A stretch of DNA of 64,000 nucleotides. Source: Escherichia coli. Lineage in GTDB: Bacteria; Pseudomonadota; Gammaproteobacteria; Enterobacterales; Enterobacteriaceae. Of the stretch, positions 60,232-64,000 are shown piece after piece. Location of the stretch: NCBI RefSeq assembly GCF_044324785.1, contig NZ_CP172127.1; one strand, given 5' to 3'. Within the stretch, counting starts at the first letter, position 1, and the number at the start of each line of letters is the position of its first letter. Below the pieces are notes generated by a model. That model worked only from the letters and a program-made list of their open reading frames with translations, was not told the origin of the DNA and made no database searches. A program made the position numbers and the translations under genes.

Positions 60232-61372
60232 GCAGCACCTCCAGCAGACGGTCGATATCCTGCATTTCATGCGCGGCGGTTAGTGTCAAGCGCAGTCGCG
60301 CAGTACCAGCGGGTACGGTTGGCGGGCGAATCGCCGTGACCCAGCAGCCTTGCTGGCGCAGTTTTTCTGCCAGTTGTAACGCACGGCTGTTATCACCGAC
60401 GATCAATGGCTGGATGGCGCTGCATGAATCAGCCAGCGTAAACGGCAAATCCTGTACTCCGGCACGAAAACGCGCAATGAGTGACACCAGTTTTTCGCGC
60501 CGTGCATCACCCTCATCACAGCGAATGACCGCCAGCGACGCACGTAATGCCTGCGCCTGAGCGGGCGGCATACTGGTGCTGTAGATAAGATGGCGGGCGA
60601 ATTGCAGCAGATAATCCGCCACCGTACTGGAGCAAAGCACCGCTGCCCCGCTGACGCCAAATCCTTTGCCAAAAGTCACCACCAGCAATTCTGGTTTTAC
60701 CTTTTGCAGCCAGCAGCTGCCACGCCCCTGCTCCCCGATAACGCCCGTGCCGTGGGCATCATCAACCATCAACCAGCCATTGTGCTGTTGCGTTACCTGC
60801 TGGATTTCCGCCAGTGGCGCACTATCGCCGTCCATGCTGAACACGCCTTCTGTCACCACCAGTTGCTGCCCCGGACAGGGGGAAGCAAGCAGTCGCGCCA
60901 GATGAGCGACATCGTTATGGGTAAAACGTCGAAGCTGCGACGGGCTTAAACTGGCAGCCTCCAGCAATGAGGCATGGCTAAGCCGGTCGGCAACAATACG
61001 GTCCTCTTTCGCCATCATCGCGGCAATGACTGCCTGATTAGCGGCAAAACCAGAGATAAACAGCAGTGCCCGCGAATAGCCCAGCCACTCGGCCAGTTCT
61101 TCTTCCAGCGCCTGATGTGCCACGCTATAACCGCTGACGTGACCGGAACCGCCGCTACCGACGCCAAATTGCTCCGCTCCCTGCTTCCATGCACGAATGA
61201 TGTCCGGATGATGGCTTAAGCCGAGGTAATCATTGCTGGAAAAGTTCAGATACTGGCGATCATCCGCCACCAGCCAGCGTCCGGCCCCTTGCGCCACTGG
61301 ATAACGGCGACGCAGGGCATCGGCAGCACGCCGCGCATCGAGCGCCGCGTTGATTTTCTCCTGCCAGCTCAT
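60218..61372 (-). CDS. bioF: 8-amino-7-oxononanoate synthase BioF
   Basis: 384 aa PLP-dependent; lysine motif region TFGKGFG. Confidence 0.9.
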   Translation of the reverse strand: MSWQEKINAALDARRAADALRRRYPVAQGAGRWLVADDRQYLNFSSNDYLGLSHHPDIIRAWKQGAEQFGVGSGGSGHVSGYSVAHQALEEELAEWLGYSRALLFISGFAANQAVIAAMMAKEDRIVADRLSHASLLEAASLSPSQLRRFTHNDVAHLARLLASPCPGQQLVVTEGVFSMDGDSAPLAEIQQVTQQHNGWLMVDDAHGTGVIGEQGRGSCWLQKVKPELLVVTFGKGFGVSGAAVLCSSTVADYLLQFARHLIYSTSMPPAQAQALRASLAVIRCDEGDARREKLVSLIARFRAGVQDLPFTLADSCSAIQPLIVGDNSRALQLAEKLRQQGCWVTAIRPPTVPAGTARLRLTLTAAHEMQDIDRLLEVLHGNG

Positions 61373-62409
61373 AGTGCTGCCGCGTTGTAATATTCGTCAG
61401 TGTCCGGGGTCATCAGTGCCTGCTCCAGACGCTGCTGTTGTTCGTTATCCCCTGCCAGCACGGCAGTTTGCTGCGGATTTAGCCCCAGTTTGCGGAACAG
61501 TTGCAGGTCTTTATCTTCTTCCGGATTCGGCGTGGTTAGCAGTTTGCAACCGTAGAAAATTGAGTTAGCCCCGGCCATAAAGCACATCGCCTGAGTCTGT
61601 TCATTCATCTGCTCGCGTCCGGCAGAAAGGCGCACGTATGAGGTCGGCATCATGATCCGCGCTACGGCAATGGTGCGAATAAAATCAAAGGCATCGACAT
61701 CATCGTTATCCGCCAGTGGAGTGCCTTTCACCTTCACCAGCATGTTGATTGGCACGCTTTCCGGCGGCGTCGGCAGGTTTGCCAGTTGCAGTAATAATCC
61801 GGCGCGATCTTTCACCGTTTCGCCTAAGCCCACAATGCCACCTGAGCAGACTTTGATCCCGGCATCGCGCACTTTTTCCAGCGTATCAAGGCGTTCCTGA
61901 TAAGTGCGTGTGGTGATGATATTGCCGTAAAACTCCGGCGAGGTGTCGAGGTTGTGGTTGTAGTAATCCAGCCCGGCGTTCGCAAGGCGCTGCGCCTGAG
62001 ATTCACTCAACGTACCCAGCGTCATACACGCCTCCAGCCCCATCGCTTTTACTCCCTGCACCATTTGTTCCAGGTAGGGCATATCGCGTTCGTGGGGATT
62101 CTTCCACGCCGCGCCCATACAGAAACGTGTTGATCCCGCCGCTTTCGCTTTGCGCGCCGACTCCAGCACCTGTTCAACTTCCATCAGCCGCTCGGCTTCC
62201 AGCCCGGTTTTATAGCGCGAGCTTTGCGGGCAATATTTGCAATCTTCCGGACAAGCTCCGGTTTTAATCGACAGCAAAGTGCTGACCTGCACCTGACGTG
62301 GATCGAAATGCTGACGATGCACCTGCTGCGCTTCAAACAGCAGATCCAGCAACGGTTTTTCAAATAATTCTGTGACTTGCGACAATGTCCAGCGTGGGCG
62401 GTGAGCCAT
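61369..62409 (-). CDS. bioB: biotin synthase BioB (radical SAM)
   Basis: 346 aa; CxxxCxxC motif CPEDCKYC. Confidence 0.95.
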   Translation of the reverse strand: MAHRPRWTLSQVTELFEKPLLDLLFEAQQVHRQHFDPRQVQVSTLLSIKTGACPEDCKYCPQSSRYKTGLEAERLMEVEQVLESARKAKAAGSTRFCMGAAWKNPHERDMPYLEQMVQGVKAMGLEACMTLGTLSESQAQRLANAGLDYYNHNLDTSPEFYGNIITTRTYQERLDTLEKVRDAGIKVCSGGIVGLGETVKDRAGLLLQLANLPTPPESVPINMLVKVKGTPLADNDDVDAFDFIRTIAVARIMMPTSYVRLSAGREQMNEQTQAMCFMAGANSIFYGCKLLTTPNPEEDKDLQLFRKLGLNPQQTAVLAGDNEQQQRLEQALMTPDTDEYYNAAAL

Positions 62410-62454
62410 GGGGCTTCTCCAAAACGTGTTTTTTGTTGTTAATTCGGTGTAGAC

Positions 62455-62494
62455 TCGTAAACCTAAATCTTTTCAATTTGGTTTACAAGTCGAT
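62455..62494. promoter_or_regulatory. bio operator (BirA binding palindrome) in the divergent bioB/bioA promoter region
   Basis: ttgtaaacc...ggtttacaa inverted repeat (cgtaaacctaaatcttttcaatttggtttacaagtc). Confidence 0.75.
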
Positions 62495-62495
62495 T

Positions 62496-63785
62496 ATGAC
62501 AACGGACGATCTTGCCTTTGACCAACGCCATATCTGGCACCCATACACATCCATGACCTCCCCGCTACCGGTTTATCCGGTGGCGAGCGCCGAAGGTTGC
62601 GAGCTAATTTTGTCTGACGGCAGACGCCTGGTTGACGGTATGTCGTCCTGGTGGGCGGCGATCCACGGTTACAATCACCCGCAGCTTAATGCGGCGATGA
62701 AGTCGCAAATTGATGCCATGTCGCATGTGATGTTTGGCGGTATCACCCATGCGCCAGCCATTGAGCTGTGCCGCAAACTGGTGGCAATGACGCCGCAACC
62801 GCTGGAATGCGTTTTTCTCGCGGACTCCGGTTCCGTAGCGGTGGAAGTGGCGATGAAAATGGCGTTGCAGTACTGGCAAGCCAAAGGCGAAGCGCGCCAG
62901 CGTTTTCTGACCTTCCGCAATGGTTATCATGGCGATACCTTTGGCGCGATGTCGGTGTGCGATCCGGATAACTCAATGCACAGTCTGTGGAAAGGCTATC
63001 TGCCAGAAAACTTGTTTGCTCCCGCCCCGCAAAGCCGCATGGATGGTGAATGGGATGAGCGCGATATGGTGGGCTTTGCCCGCCTGATGGCGGCGCATCG
63101 TCATGAAATCGCGGCGGTGATCATTGAACCGATTGTCCAGGGCGCAGGCGGGATGCGCATCTACCATCCGGAATGGTTAAAACGAATCCGCAAAATGTGC
63201 GATCGCGAAGGTATCTTGCTGATTGCCGACGAGATCGCCACTGGATTTGGTCGTACCGGCAAACTGTTTGCCTGTGAACATGCAGATATCGCGCCGGACA
63301 TTTTGTGCCTCGGTAAAGCCTTAACCGGCGGTACAATGACCCTTTCCGCCACACTCACCACGCGCGAGGTTGCGGAAACCATCAGCAACGGCGAAGCCGG
63401 TTGCTTTATGCATGGGCCAACTTTTATGGGCAATCCGCTGGCCTGCGCGGCAGCAAACGCCAGCCTGGCGATTCTCGAATCTGGCGACTGGCAGCATCAG
63501 GTGGCGGCTATTGAAGTACAACTGCGCGAGCAACTTGCCCCCGCCTGTGACGCCAAAATGGTTGCCGATGTGCGCGTACTGGGGGCAATCGGCGTGGTCG
63601 AAACCACTCGTCCGGTGAATATGGCAGCGCTGCAAAAATTCTTTGTCGAACAAGGTGTCTGGATCCGGCCTTTTGGCAAACTGATTTACCTGATGCCGCC
63701 CTATATTATTCTCCCGCAACAGTTGCAGCGTCTGACCGCAGCGGTTAATCGTGCGGTGCAGGATGAAACATTTTTTTGCCAATAA
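62496..63785 (+). CDS. bioA: adenosylmethionine-8-amino-7-oxononanoate aminotransferase BioA
   Basis: ORF 62385..63785; start [17 protein letters not shown] at 62496 (429 aa). Confidence 0.9.
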   Translation: MTTDDLAFDQRHIWHPYTSMTSPLPVYPVASAEGCELILSDGRRLVDGMSSWWAAIHGYNHPQLNAAMKSQIDAMSHVMFGGITHAPAIELCRKLVAMTPQPLECVFLADSGSVAVEVAMKMALQYWQAKGEARQRFLTFRNGYHGDTFGAMSVCDPDNSMHSLWKGYLPENLFAPAPQSRMDGEWDERDMVGFARLMAAHRHEIAAVIIEPIVQGAGGMRIYHPEWLKRIRKMCDREGILLIADEIATGFGRTGKLFACEHADIAPDILCLGKALTGGTMTLSATLTTREVAETISNGEAGCFMHGPTFMGNPLACAAANASLAILESGDWQHQVAAIEVQLREQLAPACDAKMVADVRVLGAIGVVETTRPVNMAALQKFFVEQGVWIRPFGKLIYLMPPYIILPQQLQRLTAAVNRAVQDETFFCQ

Positions 63786-63843
63786 CGGGAAGTCAGCGTG
63801 AGGGTTTCTGGCTACACTTTCTGCAAACTAGAAAGGAGGGTTC

Positions 63844-64000
63844 ATGAAACTCATCAGTAATGATCTGCGCGATGGCGATAAGTTGCCGCATCGTCATGTC
63901 TTTAACGGCATGGGTTACGATGGCGATAATATTTCACCGCATCTGGCGTGGGATGATGTTCCTGCGGGAACGAAAAGTTTTGTCGTCACCTGCTACGACC
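63844..64000 (+). CDS. ybhB: YbhB (PEBP/RKIP-family), 5-prime part only; runs off the window
   Basis: AGGAGGG SD then ATG at 63844; translation MKLISNDLRDGDKLPHRHVFNGMGYDGDNISPHLAWDDVPAGTKSFVVTCYD. Confidence 0.75.
   Translation, partial: MKLISNDLRDGDKLPHRHVFNGMGYDGDNISPHLAWDDVPAGTKSFVVTCYD

Overview
This window reads as an Escherichia coli chromosomal segment, collinear (in inverted orientation) with the K-12 interval from moeB/fsaA to bioA/ybhB. Assignments rest on my recall of protein sequences and gene order plus motifs visible in the sequence; no database search was run. About 60 protein-coding genes are supported, most of them conserved housekeeping genes. I found no rRNA, tRNA or CRISPR array. 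Four segments do not fit the K-12 arrangement as I recall it: (1) a LacI-family regulator, a hexuronate-type MFS transporter and a GH31 glycoside hydrolase inserted between ybiU and ybiT (about 6.6-11.9 kb); (2) a ParE/RelE-like toxin translationally coupled to an atypically long 146-aa upstream partner, sitting where ybiA would be between dinG and rhlE, with a perfect 22-bp tandem repeat in its promoter region; (3) an IS200 copy between ybiJ and ybiC; (4) an IS200/IS605-family element with intact divergent tnpA and tnpB (an OMEGA-type RNA-guided nuclease candidate) that interrupts the ybhM gene. The toxin-antitoxin-like pair and the three-gene sugar locus are the best candidates for something undescribed; both are inferences that need homology searches.
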